From Bacteriovoracaceae bacterium (lineage in GTDB: Bacteria > Bdellovibrionota > Bacteriovoracia > Bacteriovoracales > Bacteriovoracaceae): 64,000 bases of DNA. The notes under the pieces were generated by a model that was not told the DNA's origin, searched no databases, and saw only the letters and a program-made list of their open reading frames with translations. This document shows, piece after piece, positions 38,736 to 50,300 of the stretch (positions are counted from its first letter, which is position 1; each line of letters opens with the position of its first letter). The stretch is taken from assembly GCA_965217035.1 (NCBI GenBank), contig OZ244226.1:2524146-2588145 (forward strand), written 5' to 3'. The position numbers and the translations under genes were made by a program.

Positions 38736-39164
38736 CTAAATAATGCTTTCTCTAAGACTTTTGGCGATATCGTTGAGTAGGGTTCTCGGAGTTTTTTGAA
38801 TTTTATTGGCACTAATAAATTTCATGAGCTTTTGATCACCGAGATAGCGTGGCACTACGTGAATATGGCAATGATCAACTTCCTGACCGGCATTGTCTCC
38901 ATTTGAAATGAAGATATTTCCGGCTTCACATTTTAAATCAGATCTCTGAAGTCCCTTATAAACTTTTTGGGCCAACTGGAACATATCTGCAAGCACGTCG
39001 GGTGGAAGGTTTTCAAAGTGAGTGTAGTGAACCTTTGGAATAACTAGCGTATGTCCATGATTGATTTGGTGAAGATCTAGAAAGGCAATTGAGTGTTTTG
39101 ATTCAGCAACGATACTTGCTTCAGCTTCATTTCTAAGAATTTTACAAAATACGCATCTTCCCAT
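38736..39164 (-). CDS. HIT family protein
   Basis: CVFCKI, GHTLVIPK, AGQEVDHCHIHVVPR. Confidence 0.93.
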   Translation of the reverse strand: MGRCVFCKILRNEAEASIVAESKHSIAFLDLHQINHGHTLVIPKVHYTHFENLPPDVLADMFQLAQKVYKGLQRSDLKCEAGNIFISNGDNAGQEVDHCHIHVVPRYLGDQKLMKFISANKIQKTPRTLLNDIAKSLRESII

Positions 39165-39243
39165 AATTCATTCTAAGACTTAGGCATTTTCAGTTCAATG
39201 ACTATTTGATAAATTTTAAGCCTAAATCTAAAAAAGAGGGATT

Positions 39244-39954
39244 ATGGGACGGAAATCTGCCAAAATCGCTGCTAAAAAGGGTGCAGCCGATAAAGCAAAA
39301 AGTAAGATCTATTCTAAAGCACTTCATGATGTTGCGAAGGCCATCAAGAGTGGTGGTCCTGATCCTGACACCAACTTTCTTTTAAAGATTGCACTTGATC
39401 GTTGTCGAAAATTTAACGTTCCTAAAGATAATATTGAAAGGGCCATTAAAAAAGGTTCTGGAGAAGGGGGCGATGATTGGAATGAAATCAATTATGAAGG
39501 CTATGGTCCAGGAGGAGTCGCAGTTTTTGTTGAAGCAACGACTAATAACCCGACAAGAACAGTGGCAAATGTTCGTAGTTATTTCAATAAGTGTAATGGA
39601 TCATTAGGAAAAGAAGGTTGTCTTCAATTTGTTTTTGAGCAAAAAGCCGTTTTTACAATTCCTAAAGGCGAGCTAGAAGAAGAAGATTTTTCACTTGAGA
39701 TGATTGACGCTGGAGCTGAGGATATCGAAACGGAAGAGGAGATGTTTGAAGTCGTAGGCCCAAAAGAAGCTTTTGGTGATATTCAAAAAAAGTTGCAAGA
39801 GCTTTCAATTACTCCTGAAGAAGCTGGGCTTGAAAGAATCCCTCTTAGTTTTACTGGAGCAAATGATGAAGTGATAGGAGATATTGAAAAATTAATAGGT
39901 CTTCTTGAAGAAGATGATGATGTTGTGAATGTCTACCACAATATTGAAGCTTAG
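39244..39954 (+). CDS. yebC: YebC/PmpR family protein
   Basis: PKDNIERAIKK, YEGYGPGG, RTVANVR, LEEDDDVVNVYHN. Confidence 0.95.
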   Translation: MGRKSAKIAAKKGAADKAKSKIYSKALHDVAKAIKSGGPDPDTNFLLKIALDRCRKFNVPKDNIERAIKKGSGEGGDDWNEINYEGYGPGGVAVFVEATTNNPTRTVANVRSYFNKCNGSLGKEGCLQFVFEQKAVFTIPKGELEEEDFSLEMIDAGAEDIETEEEMFEVVGPKEAFGDIQKKLQELSITPEEAGLERIPLSFTGANDEVIGDIEKLIGLLEEDDDVVNVYHNIEA

Positions 39955-40663
39955 TTTTTTATTCCTTTCCCTCAATTCTTTTGCCGAATCTGGTTGGTTC
40001 AGAGTATCGATCGGTGCTTTTGTAAACTCTAAACAGATCTTTCGAGGCGCAGAGTTTTTCCCTAACCCTTCTATTTTTGCGGGACCTGCTTTTACCTTTT
40101 TCGATCAATTACAATTGAGGGGGCCCAATCTTGTTTGGTCTCCGACTTCTCGAAGAGATAAACATCATTTTGAATTAGGCTTACGATACCTTGATGATGG
40201 AGAACCTCCTTTAGCTTTTGGAAGTGAATTCGACGAAGAGACCGATTATAGAGCGAAACGTTCTGATGCGATTGAAACTAATTTTCGTTATCAGTTTCGA
40301 TTTGGTTTTAGAAATGCTTTTGGAGTTGGTTTCTTTTATGCTAAAGAACTTAATCGTCATCATGGAGATTATGGAGAGTTTAACTTCCGAGTCCCTCTTT
40401 ATAAGTTTCTTTCCTTGAATACGATTATTGGCCATGGTGATCTTTATCATAATCAATATGTTTATGGTCCTACCGCTGTTTCAGGAATCACTCATACACA
40501 AGCGGATATAAACTATATGGTTAGAGATTTCTCTTGGTGCGATATTGCCTTTTTAGGGATAAGTAATTCCTGGGTTCAGCAAAAGGAAAATCGAAACGCT
40601 TTTTTCATCAGGGGAGGGCATAATCAAACCGTCTTTTCTGTACGTTTTCTTTGGTTCTTATGA
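39929..40663 (+). CDS. MipA/OmpV-like outer-membrane protein
   Basis: Signal, IFRGA..FP, beta strands, NQYVYG, terminal aromatic residues. Confidence 0.6.
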   Translation: MSTTILKLSFLFLSLNSFAESGWFRVSIGAFVNSKQIFRGAEFFPNPSIFAGPAFTFFDQLQLRGPNLVWSPTSRRDKHHFELGLRYLDDGEPPLAFGSEFDEETDYRAKRSDAIETNFRYQFRFGFRNAFGVGFFYAKELNRHHGDYGEFNFRVPLYKFLSLNTIIGHGDLYHNQYVYGPTAVSGITHTQADINYMVRDFSWCDIAFLGISNSWVQQKENRNAFFIRGGHNQTVFSVRFLWFL

Positions 40664-42229
40664 GCCGCTCTCTCCATAATTTGGTAAAACTCTGGCACTT
40701 GGATCAGAAACATCACAATTATCCCATTCTTTATTGGGCATCCAAAAGTCTTTAATAAGAAGCTTTGCTTGTCCTGCGTAGAACTCTTCAAAGATTTCTC
40801 TATAAAGAAGAGATTCTTTTGTAAAAGGACGAGCGTGTTTGTATTTGAGAACTTTCTCTTTAAATTCAGATTCGTTATAAGAAGATTCAGCAAATTCCTT
40901 TAGGTAATCAACCATACTATGCCCTACGGCATCAGAAAAAGCTGCTTTCTCTCGCCATAAAATTTCTTCAGGTAAATAGTGACCTTCTTCGAAAGCCTTT
41001 CTTAATAAATATTTTCCCTTACCTGTAAAGTTCATCTTTAGTTCTGGATCTAAAGACATCACGTAATCGACAAAGTCCTTATCACTGAATGGAACTCTGG
41101 CTTCTAGGGAGTGGGCACTGATACAACGATCTGCTCTGAGAACATCATATAGATAAAGCTCTCTGACTCTCTTAGCCGCTTCTTTTTGGAACTCTTCACC
41201 ATCTGGAGCAAAGTCAGTGTATTTATAACCGAAAATTTCATCGCTAACTTCACCAGTCAGAACAACCTTTATATCAGTCTTCTCTTTGACGTATTTACAG
41301 ACCAGATACATACCAATCGAAGCTCTTACAGTTGTAATATCGAAAGTTTCTAAGTGCCAAATAACTTCTCTTAAGGTATCAAGAACATCTTTTTTTGTAA
41401 TAATGACTTCGTGATGTTCGGAACTAATATGATCAGCGACTATCTTTGCATATTTTAAATCAATTGCATCTTCATCCATTCCGATTGAAAATGTCACAAG
41501 AGGTTTTTTTGAATGTTTCGCTGCAATTGCACAGACAAGAGAACTATCAAGGCCACCACTGAGAAGAAAGCCAATTGGTGCATCGGATTGAAGACGTTTT
41601 AAAACACCGGCCGTTAAATTTTCTTTTATTCCTTCCGCTGCTTTCTCAATGCTTGGCCTTATGAAGGATTTTACCGCCCCATGATCGAGGTAAGAATGAA
41701 AATCTTTACCGTCATAATAATGACCTGGTGGAAATGGTTTGACGTCGGAACAATGTTTTAAGGCTTTGACTTCTGAGCCAAAGCAAACACCGTACTCAGT
41801 TTTTCCATAAAATAAAGGACGGATTCCAATCGGATCTCTTGCAGCTAAAAGGTTTCCCGATTTTTCTTCATAGATAACAAAAGCAAATTCGGCATCAAGT
41901 TTTGAAACCATTTTTTTTAGTCCATATTTATGAAAAAGTGGAAGGAGGATTTCACAATCACTTTCAGAAACGGGATTATAATCAAGCTCTTCCCTAAGGA
42001 GGTTATAGTTATAAATTTCTCCATTGCAGAGTAAGTAATCTTCATCTTTATAGAAGGGTTGATTTCCGAGAGGAGAAAGATCCATAATGCTTAGCCTATG
42101 AAATCCAAGTAGGGCACTTTCAAGTTTAATAACTGAACTGTGATCTGGTCCTCGATGATGAATCTTATCAAATGACTCTTTAAAATCTTCTGGTTTGGAA
42201 ATGTCTGATTGAGCTAAAAATCCGCACAT
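40658..42229 (-). CDS. asnB: Asparagine synthetase B (glutamine-hydrolysing)
   Basis: N-terminal MCG, HRGPD, NGEIYN, RDPIGIRPL, LSGGLDSS, EARVPF. Confidence 0.96.
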   Translation of the reverse strand: MCGFLAQSDISKPEDFKESFDKIHHRGPDHSSVIKLESALLGFHRLSIMDLSPLGNQPFYKDEDYLLCNGEIYNYNLLREELDYNPVSESDCEILLPLFHKYGLKKMVSKLDAEFAFVIYEEKSGNLLAARDPIGIRPLFYGKTEYGVCFGSEVKALKHCSDVKPFPPGHYYDGKDFHSYLDHGAVKSFIRPSIEKAAEGIKENLTAGVLKRLQSDAPIGFLLSGGLDSSLVCAIAAKHSKKPLVTFSIGMDEDAIDLKYAKIVADHISSEHHEVIITKKDVLDTLREVIWHLETFDITTVRASIGMYLVCKYVKEKTDIKVVLTGEVSDEIFGYKYTDFAPDGEEFQKEAAKRVRELYLYDVLRADRCISAHSLEARVPFSDKDFVDYVMSLDPELKMNFTGKGKYLLRKAFEEGHYLPEEILWREKAAFSDAVGHSMVDYLKEFAESSYNESEFKEKVLKYKHARPFTKESLLYREIFEEFYAGQAKLLIKDFWMPNKEWDNCDVSDPSARVLPNYGESGS

Positions 42230-42370
42230 AAAAGCCTCCTATAGTGCAATTCGGATATAATAGCATAAGTTTGGGTTAAATGATTTATTAGTTATAAAAA
42301 TGACAATTTAATATTAAATCAATGCTAATATCTTGATTAATTTATCAAAGTGTCGATAAGATAGCCGTAT

Positions 42371-42841
42371 ATGGAAAGCAAATATCAAATTGATAGTATG
42401 GATAGGAAAATTTTAGCTTTTCTGATGAAAGATGCTCGGATGCCTTATCTTGAAATAGCTAAAAAACTTAATGTTTCTGGTGGAACAATTCATCAAAGAA
42501 TGCAAAAAATGCAAGAGGCTGGTGTTATTTCAGGAAGCCATTTAAAGGTGAATTTGGAAGCACTTAATTTTGATGTCATGGTGATTCTCGGGGTTTTTCT
42601 TAAAAGTGCTAAAGACCAAACTAAGGTCGTGAAGGAGCTAGAGAGATTGCCTGAAGTTTTGGAAATTTATTATACAACAGGGAATTTTGCTTTAATGTTA
42701 AAGCTTGTTACTAGAAATATTAAAGATTTTCATCTACTTCTTTCTCAGAAAATTCAATCGATTACAGAAATACAATCTACAGAATCATTTATAGTACTTG
42801 ATAGCCCTTTAGATAGAGATATCGATGTAAATTCCTTATAG
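42371..42841 (+). CDS. asnC: Lrp/AsnC family regulator, divergent from asnB
   Basis: DSMDRKIL..LMKDARMPY.EIAK.L.VS.GTIH.R, YYTTG. Confidence 0.88.
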   Translation: MESKYQIDSMDRKILAFLMKDARMPYLEIAKKLNVSGGTIHQRMQKMQEAGVISGSHLKVNLEALNFDVMVILGVFLKSAKDQTKVVKELERLPEVLEIYYTTGNFALMLKLVTRNIKDFHLLLSQKIQSITEIQSTESFIVLDSPLDRDIDVNSL

Positions 42842-42999
42842 AGAAGTTTGTCTGAGTTCATTTTTAATTCTTAATAAGATGGCATTTTTTTGAGGCAGTT
42901 TCAAAACCCTGACAGAATCCTAACGGCCTAAAATTCTTAGATTATAGATACAGCAACCGATAAAGACTATGATGTTTATTCACTGAAGGAGAGTATCGT

Positions 43000-43407
43000 A
43001 TGAAAAAGATCATCGTCACGTTAGTCGTGCTTGTTTCTGCTGTCGTTTGGAATCATTCACTTAAAGACCAGGAAGCTAACCGTGTAAAAGGGGCGATCCT
43101 TGAGTCTCATACTCAACAACATTTAGAAAAAGAATCGAAAAATGGTAACTCTGAGCATGCTAAAATTGATTTATCAAAAGAAAATAAAATAGAACAGATA
43201 AATAAGGAAAAAGATACGCTCAAAGAGAGTCGGAAAAAGAGAATGAAGAAGTTTACGAAATCAAAGAAGCAAAAAACTAAAAGAAGAAAAGAGATTGAGG
43301 TTAGTGATAATCCCTTTGAGGCTAATTTTGATCACTTACCCGATTATACATTTCATAAAGGTGATTCTGATTTTAAAGAGGAACTTAAAGATCCGGGTTC
43401 ATTATAA
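43000..43407 (+). CDS. Membrane-anchored charged hypothetical protein
   Basis: AGGAG RBS; ACCGATAA sigma28-like -10 at 42956-42963. Confidence 0.7.
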   Translation: MKKIIVTLVVLVSAVVWNHSLKDQEANRVKGAILESHTQQHLEKESKNGNSEHAKIDLSKENKIEQINKEKDTLKESRKKRMKKFTKSKKQKTKRRKEIEVSDNPFEANFDHLPDYTFHKGDSDFKEELKDPGSL

Positions 43408-43436
43408 AAAAAGACCTGCAAAGCAGGTCTTTTTTT
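43406..43436. terminator. Bidirectional terminator
   Basis: A7-GACCTGC-AAA-GCAGGTC-T7. Confidence 0.85.
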
Positions 43437-46233
43437 ATTTAAATTGTTTCACAGCATCTAAACAATCTCTAAACTTTCTTCTGAAATAAGGATTCTTTTT
43501 CATTCTTCTTTTAATGAAGTCTCCAATTTTCTCCCTAGGCTTTGGCTCTCCATTTTCAACAAGCTGAGCAATCATTTTTCTAAGGCCATTAAGAGTTTCT
43601 TCTCTCATTTGCACTTCATTCTTTGTGGCCCAGCTTGGAGCTTGAATATGATAATTCTTTCCAGCTTCTTTTCCTCCACCCATAATGACCCGATCTCCAG
43701 AAGTACCTTCCCATACTCGAGCGATAAAGGTTAAATGTTCACGATAAATATCAATTCTTTTAGCGGTGATATTGCTACCGCTGAATTGGCTAAGTTTCTT
43801 GAGTTTTTTTCCTGCTTGCTTGATTCCTGAAGCATCTGAGACACCTCTTTTGATAGAGATAAAATCCTTATTAGTAAGACCTCTCATTTCCTCTGCAGCA
43901 TATTTTCCGTCTGTTAGAATGACAGCATCTGGATTATCCTCCAAAAGCTTAGTAAAAAGTTTTTCTCGGTATTCTCTCGTACTTTTGAGAGTTGCCTCCC
44001 ATTCTGTCTTGGTTGCTCCATCCATTTCTACGGGTACAGTTTTTATAACAAGATATTTTTCCTCAACTCCAATATCTGCCATAAGTCCATTGAGATATTG
44101 TCCTCTCGAACCTGTTAAAGCTTTAGAAGTTGCAAAGTCATCATAACCATGTGGGTCTGCGAGAATAATAACTTTAGGATTATCAAAAGTTCCTCTGTAA
44201 TGAGAGTAGGGACCATTATTAGGATGAGATTTTACATTAAAAGCTTTAATTCCATATTTATTAAAAATCTTATCCATTGTCCTTACAAGAGCATCTTGTT
44301 TTTCTCCAATTGTTAAGATTTTTTCAGTTTTCTTTTTGAGAATATTCTTTTGAGCTTTCTCTAATTCTATTCTTGCTTCTTCTGCATAAGCACTCTTGGG
44401 CCAGAAAAGTTCCTGCTCGTTAATCGAATTGATCATCAGTTGATAATAATCATCGGAAGGACCTCGATCATATCGAAAAAGCCATTCATCATTCCGAGGT
44501 CGTCCTGTTAGAACCTCGTTACTTGCCAATAAACTTTCATTAGAAGGTTTACCTCTCTTTAATTGCCTTACTTTTTTATCAAATTCTTCAGCTTGTTTCT
44601 CCGAAAGTGATTTAGCGATCTTGTTTCGAGTTCCTGTTGTAATCCCTCCACTCTCTCTAACCGCTTGGGAAACAGGGGTCAGTCGAAATCTTGGCATAAA
44701 AGGATCACCATGAGGAACAGGTATGAGCGCTCTTCCATATTTATAAGGTTTGTTTGGGAAGGAAGAAGTTAATCCAGGTTCTGGCTTTGGTGGTTTCCAG
44801 CCTCTGTCCATTTCTTTCTTTAATGGTTTTAGGAGTTCGTTTTCAACTCTAGTGGAGGCGTTAGCTGGGTTCATACTAAGGGAAGTAGGATGAGGAGCAC
44901 CTGTAAAAACAATATCAGGAGCGACAATCGTTCCTCCTTTTCCATCTGGAACTAAGAGTCCTTTAATTGACCTTGTCTCCTTTTGGTTGGCTCCTGTCAT
45001 TGAATTTAGATCATAGCCTCCAAATTGTTCAGGGAAAAGAACTCCATTATTCTTCGGGCCACCCTCGGTAAAAACCATCAATCTTTCTGCTTCTTTAGGA
45101 TTATCTTGAAGGAGATCTTTTGCAACCTCTGTACTGACACCATATTCTTGAGTTCCGTCTTTATAAACGAGTCCTGTATTAAGTGCTTTAATTCTTTTTT
45201 GAAACTTTTCTTCTTCTGAGACTGCAGCAGCAATATTTCTCGCTTTTCTTTTTAGTTTGTCAAAAGCATTCTTTTTAGAATAATAATTACGAGCCTTTTT
45301 ATAAGCATCGACTAGTTCTATAACCTCTTGTTTTTTATCTGCGGCAAGACTATTAATTTTGGACTCTAGTTTCTTAGCTGCATCAGACTCATACTTTTTT
45401 AATTTATCTTCAAGTGCTTTTTTTATTTTTGGATCTTGTCTTAAAACATCTGCGACATCTCTTCCATCTGCAGTAAGAGGAACGGCCCATTCATTGTTTC
45501 CTCCTGCACTCACCATTTCAACTTGTGGGACCTTATATTTAGAACCATCTCCAACGTAAGCTCTTGCACCAACTTTTCCTCCAATCGAATTAATATAAGT
45601 TGCCCCAGCATCTTTCCCTGCTTGGCCAAGCATGACAACCATCTTCAAAGATTCTTGATTATTTCTGATAACCCAGGAAATAAGTCTATTCCGCCATTCT
45701 GCATAAGGTCCTGTATGAGTCAGAAGCCATTGGCGATTTTCGATGACATTGGTGTAGATCACTTTCCCGTTCTCGATAACAGGAGTATTACGACTTCCAT
45801 ATTGACCAGAGATTGTATTGACAAATAAATTAGTGAAGAAGACACCATTTTCAATACCAAAGTGAGATAGCATATCATGAACTCGGCCTCCAAAACCAGC
45901 TATACCAGGACGGTTGGCAGCTTCGGCGATATGCGTTCCATCTTGTCCAATCGCAAGCACTGAAATAGAATTCTCCGCAAGAAGTCCTCTAAAAATCATA
46001 GCTCCAAAATCAGGTCGAAACTTTTGGCCTCGTTTATAATCAGGTACTAATACCTCAAGTTGTTCTGACATTCCTGGAACGTTTGGAAGGTCTTGAATAA
46101 TTTGAACAAGCTCTCTATGCATCGGATTATTTGGATCGGGTCCACGATCAAAAAGTGGAGGATCTTTTTGTCCAAAAAGTGAAATTGGAATTAAGAGAAG
46201 TAAAAATAAACTTTTAGAGAGATAATGCTTCAT
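43435..46233 (-). CDS. Secreted protein with two uracil-DNA glycosylase-superfamily-like domains
   Basis: Signal peptide; domain 1 FDRGP..FRG..VLAIGQDG..RP..G.GGRV..ML..FGI...FFTN..HPTS; domain 2 YDRGP..YRG..VIILADP..ALTGSRGQYL..LM..IGV..YLVI. Confidence 0.7.
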   Translation of the reverse strand: MKHYLSKSLFLLLLIPISLFGQKDPPLFDRGPDPNNPMHRELVQIIQDLPNVPGMSEQLEVLVPDYKRGQKFRPDFGAMIFRGLLAENSISVLAIGQDGTHIAEAANRPGIAGFGGRVHDMLSHFGIENGVFFTNLFVNTISGQYGSRNTPVIENGKVIYTNVIENRQWLLTHTGPYAEWRNRLISWVIRNNQESLKMVVMLGQAGKDAGATYINSIGGKVGARAYVGDGSKYKVPQVEMVSAGGNNEWAVPLTADGRDVADVLRQDPKIKKALEDKLKKYESDAAKKLESKINSLAADKKQEVIELVDAYKKARNYYSKKNAFDKLKRKARNIAAAVSEEEKFQKRIKALNTGLVYKDGTQEYGVSTEVAKDLLQDNPKEAERLMVFTEGGPKNNGVLFPEQFGGYDLNSMTGANQKETRSIKGLLVPDGKGGTIVAPDIVFTGAPHPTSLSMNPANASTRVENELLKPLKKEMDRGWKPPKPEPGLTSSFPNKPYKYGRALIPVPHGDPFMPRFRLTPVSQAVRESGGITTGTRNKIAKSLSEKQAEEFDKKVRQLKRGKPSNESLLASNEVLTGRPRNDEWLFRYDRGPSDDYYQLMINSINEQELFWPKSAYAEEARIELEKAQKNILKKKTEKILTIGEKQDALVRTMDKIFNKYGIKAFNVKSHPNNGPYSHYRGTFDNPKVIILADPHGYDDFATSKALTGSRGQYLNGLMADIGVEEKYLVIKTVPVEMDGATKTEWEATLKSTREYREKLFTKLLEDNPDAVILTDGKYAAEEMRGLTNKDFISIKRGVSDASGIKQAGKKLKKLSQFSGSNITAKRIDIYREHLTFIARVWEGTSGDRVIMGGGKEAGKNYHIQAPSWATKNEVQMREETLNGLRKMIAQLVENGEPKPREKIGDFIKRRMKKNPYFRRKFRDCLDAVKQFK

Positions 46234-46374
46234 TGAGGCCTTCCTTGGTCAATTCAGGAGAAAGAGATAGTAATATTGTATGAACTTTTTTGGTCTTTTA
46301 AAGCCGAGGAAAATCTTGATTTTGTTAAGAAAAGTTGAGAAAGAAAGTCGGGGACAAACGTCCCCTTTTCGTGT

Positions 46375-47226
46375 TTATAATTTCAAACTGAAGACTTTAC
46401 TAGAGAGCATATAGGGAATAAAGACTTGGTTCGACTTTTTGTCATAACCAATATCTGCTAGTCCTTTTTCGCCTTTGAATAGAGTTGTTATTTTTCCATC
46501 ATGAGTGATGCGAAAGATCTTTCCATTAACCCAATCCGAAACAATAAAATTTCCATCCTGATCAAACTCAAGTCCATCAAGATTACCAACTGGGTTTTCC
46601 GTTATGTATTTTACTTCCTTGGTCGTTAAGTTAACTGAATAGAGGCGTCCTGGAGTTTGAGTGCTCCAGTCAGTTGTTAGCCCCCATGAACTAACAAAGA
46701 GTAAATGGTTTTTAATTAATAACCCGTTTGGAGATTCCCATTTCTTTCCGGAGAGAAATGTTGTCACTTTTTGACCTTTGATCTTATAGATTGCTGTTCC
46801 TAACGTGTCAGAAACATAAACTGTTCCGTTCTTATCAACAGCGATGTCATTGAGGAACTTAGCCCCTTTAACTTTGATTCTTCTAAGAATCTTACCCTTG
46901 TTGATATCAATCTTTACGACTTGATCAATATCCGAAACATAAAGAATATTATTGAAGGAACGCATACCTTTCGGAGCATTAAGGCCTGTTATCCAATTTT
47001 CATTAAGAGTCTCCCCTTTGAGATTTAAAAGAGAGATATGCCCTTTTCCATCTTTTTTATTTCCTTCTCCATCGATATTTGAAACGAAAACTAACCGAGT
47101 GACTGAGTCAACATAAACAGACTCTGGATTTTTAATATTTTTGTTATTCGTCCATTGTGTTTTAAATGTTTTTTGTGTTTGTGCACATGAAATAAGAAGG
47201 ATGAAGAGGGGAAATAGAGAGCGCAT
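46375..47226 (-). CDS. SMP-30/gluconolactonase-like beta-propeller lipoprotein
   Basis: Lipobox LISC, NPESV, GLNAPKGM, FLNDI, PNGL, NLDGL, ADI; AAGGA RBS before the ATG at 47226. Confidence 0.85.
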   Translation of the reverse strand: MRSLFPLFILLISCAQTQKTFKTQWTNNKNIKNPESVYVDSVTRLVFVSNIDGEGNKKDGKGHISLLNLKGETLNENWITGLNAPKGMRSFNNILYVSDIDQVVKIDINKGKILRRIKVKGAKFLNDIAVDKNGTVYVSDTLGTAIYKIKGQKVTTFLSGKKWESPNGLLIKNHLLFVSSWGLTTDWSTQTPGRLYSVNLTTKEVKYITENPVGNLDGLEFDQDGNFIVSDWVNGKIFRITHDGKITTLFKGEKGLADIGYDKKSNQVFIPYMLSSKVFSLKL

Positions 47227-47373
47227 AGCAGTTCCTTTTTTAAGTTCAATTAAGATCAAAATTCATTATGCCGGAAAAGAAAAAATTTTCTAGTGCGCAA
47301 TGCATTCTTATGTAAAAAATTAATTTGATTTAAATTTAACGATGTTGTTTTCTTATGAAAGACTAATTATGAG

Positions 47374-50300
47374 ATGTTTTACATATTTAAACTTCTATTT
47401 TTAATCCTCTTTTCTTTTTCTACATGGGCGGGAAATATTTCAATTTCTTTAAATAAAAAGCATAGAGGGGATCCCGTAGTCTTTGTTGAAGATGGTTTTT
47501 GGAGAAAGCAAAAGCTTGTTAGCAAAGCTTTACTCAGTGATAAAAAATCAGAGTTTGAATTTATAAACTTCACTGGTTCGCCGGATGATATTTTTCGTTC
47601 TCAAATCAAAGCAATAAACGGAAAAACTTATCACTTGAATTTAAGTTTAGGGAATTATGCCTCGGTTGTCAGGGCAAAATTATTGCGAAGTATGGGGTAT
47701 GAAGTTGAGGTTCCTCAATTTTTTAAAACACTAAAATTAAACTTTAAATCTGAACGAGAAAAAAAAGATTTCCTTTTTAAAATTTATGAAGAGATTCAAA
47801 CTTCTAAAAAGAGATGGATCTTCCAAGAGCTAAAAAAGTCATTGATTCTTAAGTCTGTTGTGCTTGAAAATAGAAATTCTCCGACAAGTGATCTCATTTG
47901 GGGAGTGATGAAAAAACACTGGCAAAAAAGAGATCGACGGTTGAGACCTTTGTTGGTTCCATATCTCCTTACTGATTATGTTGAAAATGTAAATTTAATA
48001 AGCTGGGAGAAAGGAAAGAAACGAAGAAAAAAGATACACCTTTCTCATCCTTACGCTGTTGAGTTTGAGGGAATTAATCTTGTTGATTTTCATTGGGGAT
48101 TAGATCAGATTGCAAAACTTGACCGAAAAGAGTGGAAAGAAATCTTTCATCAGTCGGGTTACCCAGATGCTGTTAAAGAATTGATTCTTGAGAAAACACT
48201 TTCAAGACTTCTGAGTCTTATCAAAAAATCTAAATTAAAAAAGAAATATCGAATTACTTATAAAAAAAAACTTTCGAACGAAAATATTATTAATGGTAAG
48301 TTAGTTTCTCTTCCTGGTTTACAAGATCATGCTCTTCATTTCAAATCGAATAAAGATGATAATCCACTTCTGACGTCAGAGCTTTATCGATTTCTTGGGA
48401 TTCGCGCTTTTTATATTGGTTTCTCTTCAGCTCTCAATGAGATCCAAAAAAAGATTCCTTTTAATAAAAGATGGGTCGGAGATAGAATTGAAGAACGTAT
48501 AGAAGAGGGTAAAGGCGCCAACTTAAAAAATCTTGGTATCTGGACAGCTCCTTATTTATCAGGACAAATTCGTGCTTCTCGTTCAGTTGTTTTAGGTAAT
48601 TATCAAGGTTCAAAGGCTCCCATTCATATGATCGATACTGCAAGTATTGAATTTAGTGGGGGATTTGTTGGAAGAGGGAAACCTTTTTGGAAGAAAGTGA
48701 TTCCAGGAGGAAGTGTAGGAGCCGCAATTATTCGAACATTCACTCATATTAAAGCTGCTCCTACAATCAAAGCTGTTAATGATTACAAATTTAAAAATCT
48801 TTACTTGCCAGGGCTTCTGAAAAGGACGAGTGATTCAATTAAAAGTTTTGCTTGTTCAGTCCTTCCTGAGCCTCATGTTGTTGAGAGAGAGATCCATGGA
48901 GTGCAGTTTTTTATTATCAAGTTTGATTTGGAACGGGATGGTCAACGAGAAAAAGCATTATCTCTTAAAAAGAGATGGATTGAGAGAGGAGTGTCTGAGA
49001 ATTCTATTCTTATTGAAGGAGTTTTAAGAGAGAAGATTTGCAAGCAAGAAGAGAAGGTCTTTGTTGATCTTTCAATTGATCAATTTCTAAATCAGTTTAA
49101 TCAGGATGAAACTTTTACTATTACTGATGAACTCCGTATTGGAACAGAGGTTCATACAGAGAGGCTTTTTGATATAGGAGTTTCCGCAAGTGCGAGTGTT
49201 AATGCTCATCATATTCGTCAAAGAGTTCGTTCTTACGTCATAAGAAAAAAAGAGAATGGCTTTGAAGTGACTTTTAATCGAATCAAAAGTCGAACGAATG
49301 GAGTTTCCATGAAAGGGAAGCTCTTAATTCAATTGATTTCTGGAGATTTAAGAGGACAAAAATATAAATTTAAAAGCAATATTTATTTCGTTGATCTCAA
49401 GAAGGGCTCGATTGAAGAACGAAAAATTGCTTTAATGACAATGAAGTCACTTTTTAAAATTCGTAACTCTGAAATTATTGAAGAAAATTATGAACCTGTA
49501 ACTGCTGAACATTCAGCAAAGTCACGATTAAGCAAGTTTAAATTCTTGTTTTGGTCTCGTGAAAAGTTTCGTATGCATCACGATGTTTCGATTCGAGTGA
49601 AATCTCTTAAGAGTAAAAAAAGTGAAGAAAGAACTTTTCATTCTTCTATGTTAGCGAAGAGAAGAGGGAGAGATCAAAAATCGTTTGTCTCTCAAGCCCT
49701 TAATGATATTTCTTCTGGTTTATTTCCCGTCAACCGAGAAGATATATCTATCGATCCAGGGCAGTCTACTGGTGGAAAGAGTTCTCGATTCCTTGTTTAC
49801 AGTGAAGTTGAAACGACAAAAGGTCGTGCACCTAGAATGTTGACTCGAGTTCAATGGGGCTATAGAGGTTCGAGAAATAGACCAAGGAAAATGAGACGAA
49901 TCCTAAAAAAGATTAAAAGAATCTTAGGAAAGAACTCAAAAGAATCATTTATTGATTTGGAGAGTCTCGAAAAAGTTAATGAGCTGAATTCTTACGACGT
50001 TCAAGCTAACCTCGTGATTCAACCCAAGGCCCATACTCGTCTCTTGAAAGGTTTCTCAAATATTTCTGATCGTTCTAAGCTAGATCTTCTTTCGAAACTT
50101 TACGGAAAGAAGAAATATGAAATGAACTGTGAATATTACGAATCTATTTATGTCGATGGTAATGAGCTTTGCCCTCCTGATGAGATTAAAGAAGTTTATG
50201 AGAGTCTAAAAGAACTTCAAGTATTGATAAGGAAGAAAGATAAATCGAGAATTGTTAATAAAATTTTTTATAAACTCTTTAATAAATTTGATAGCGAAAA

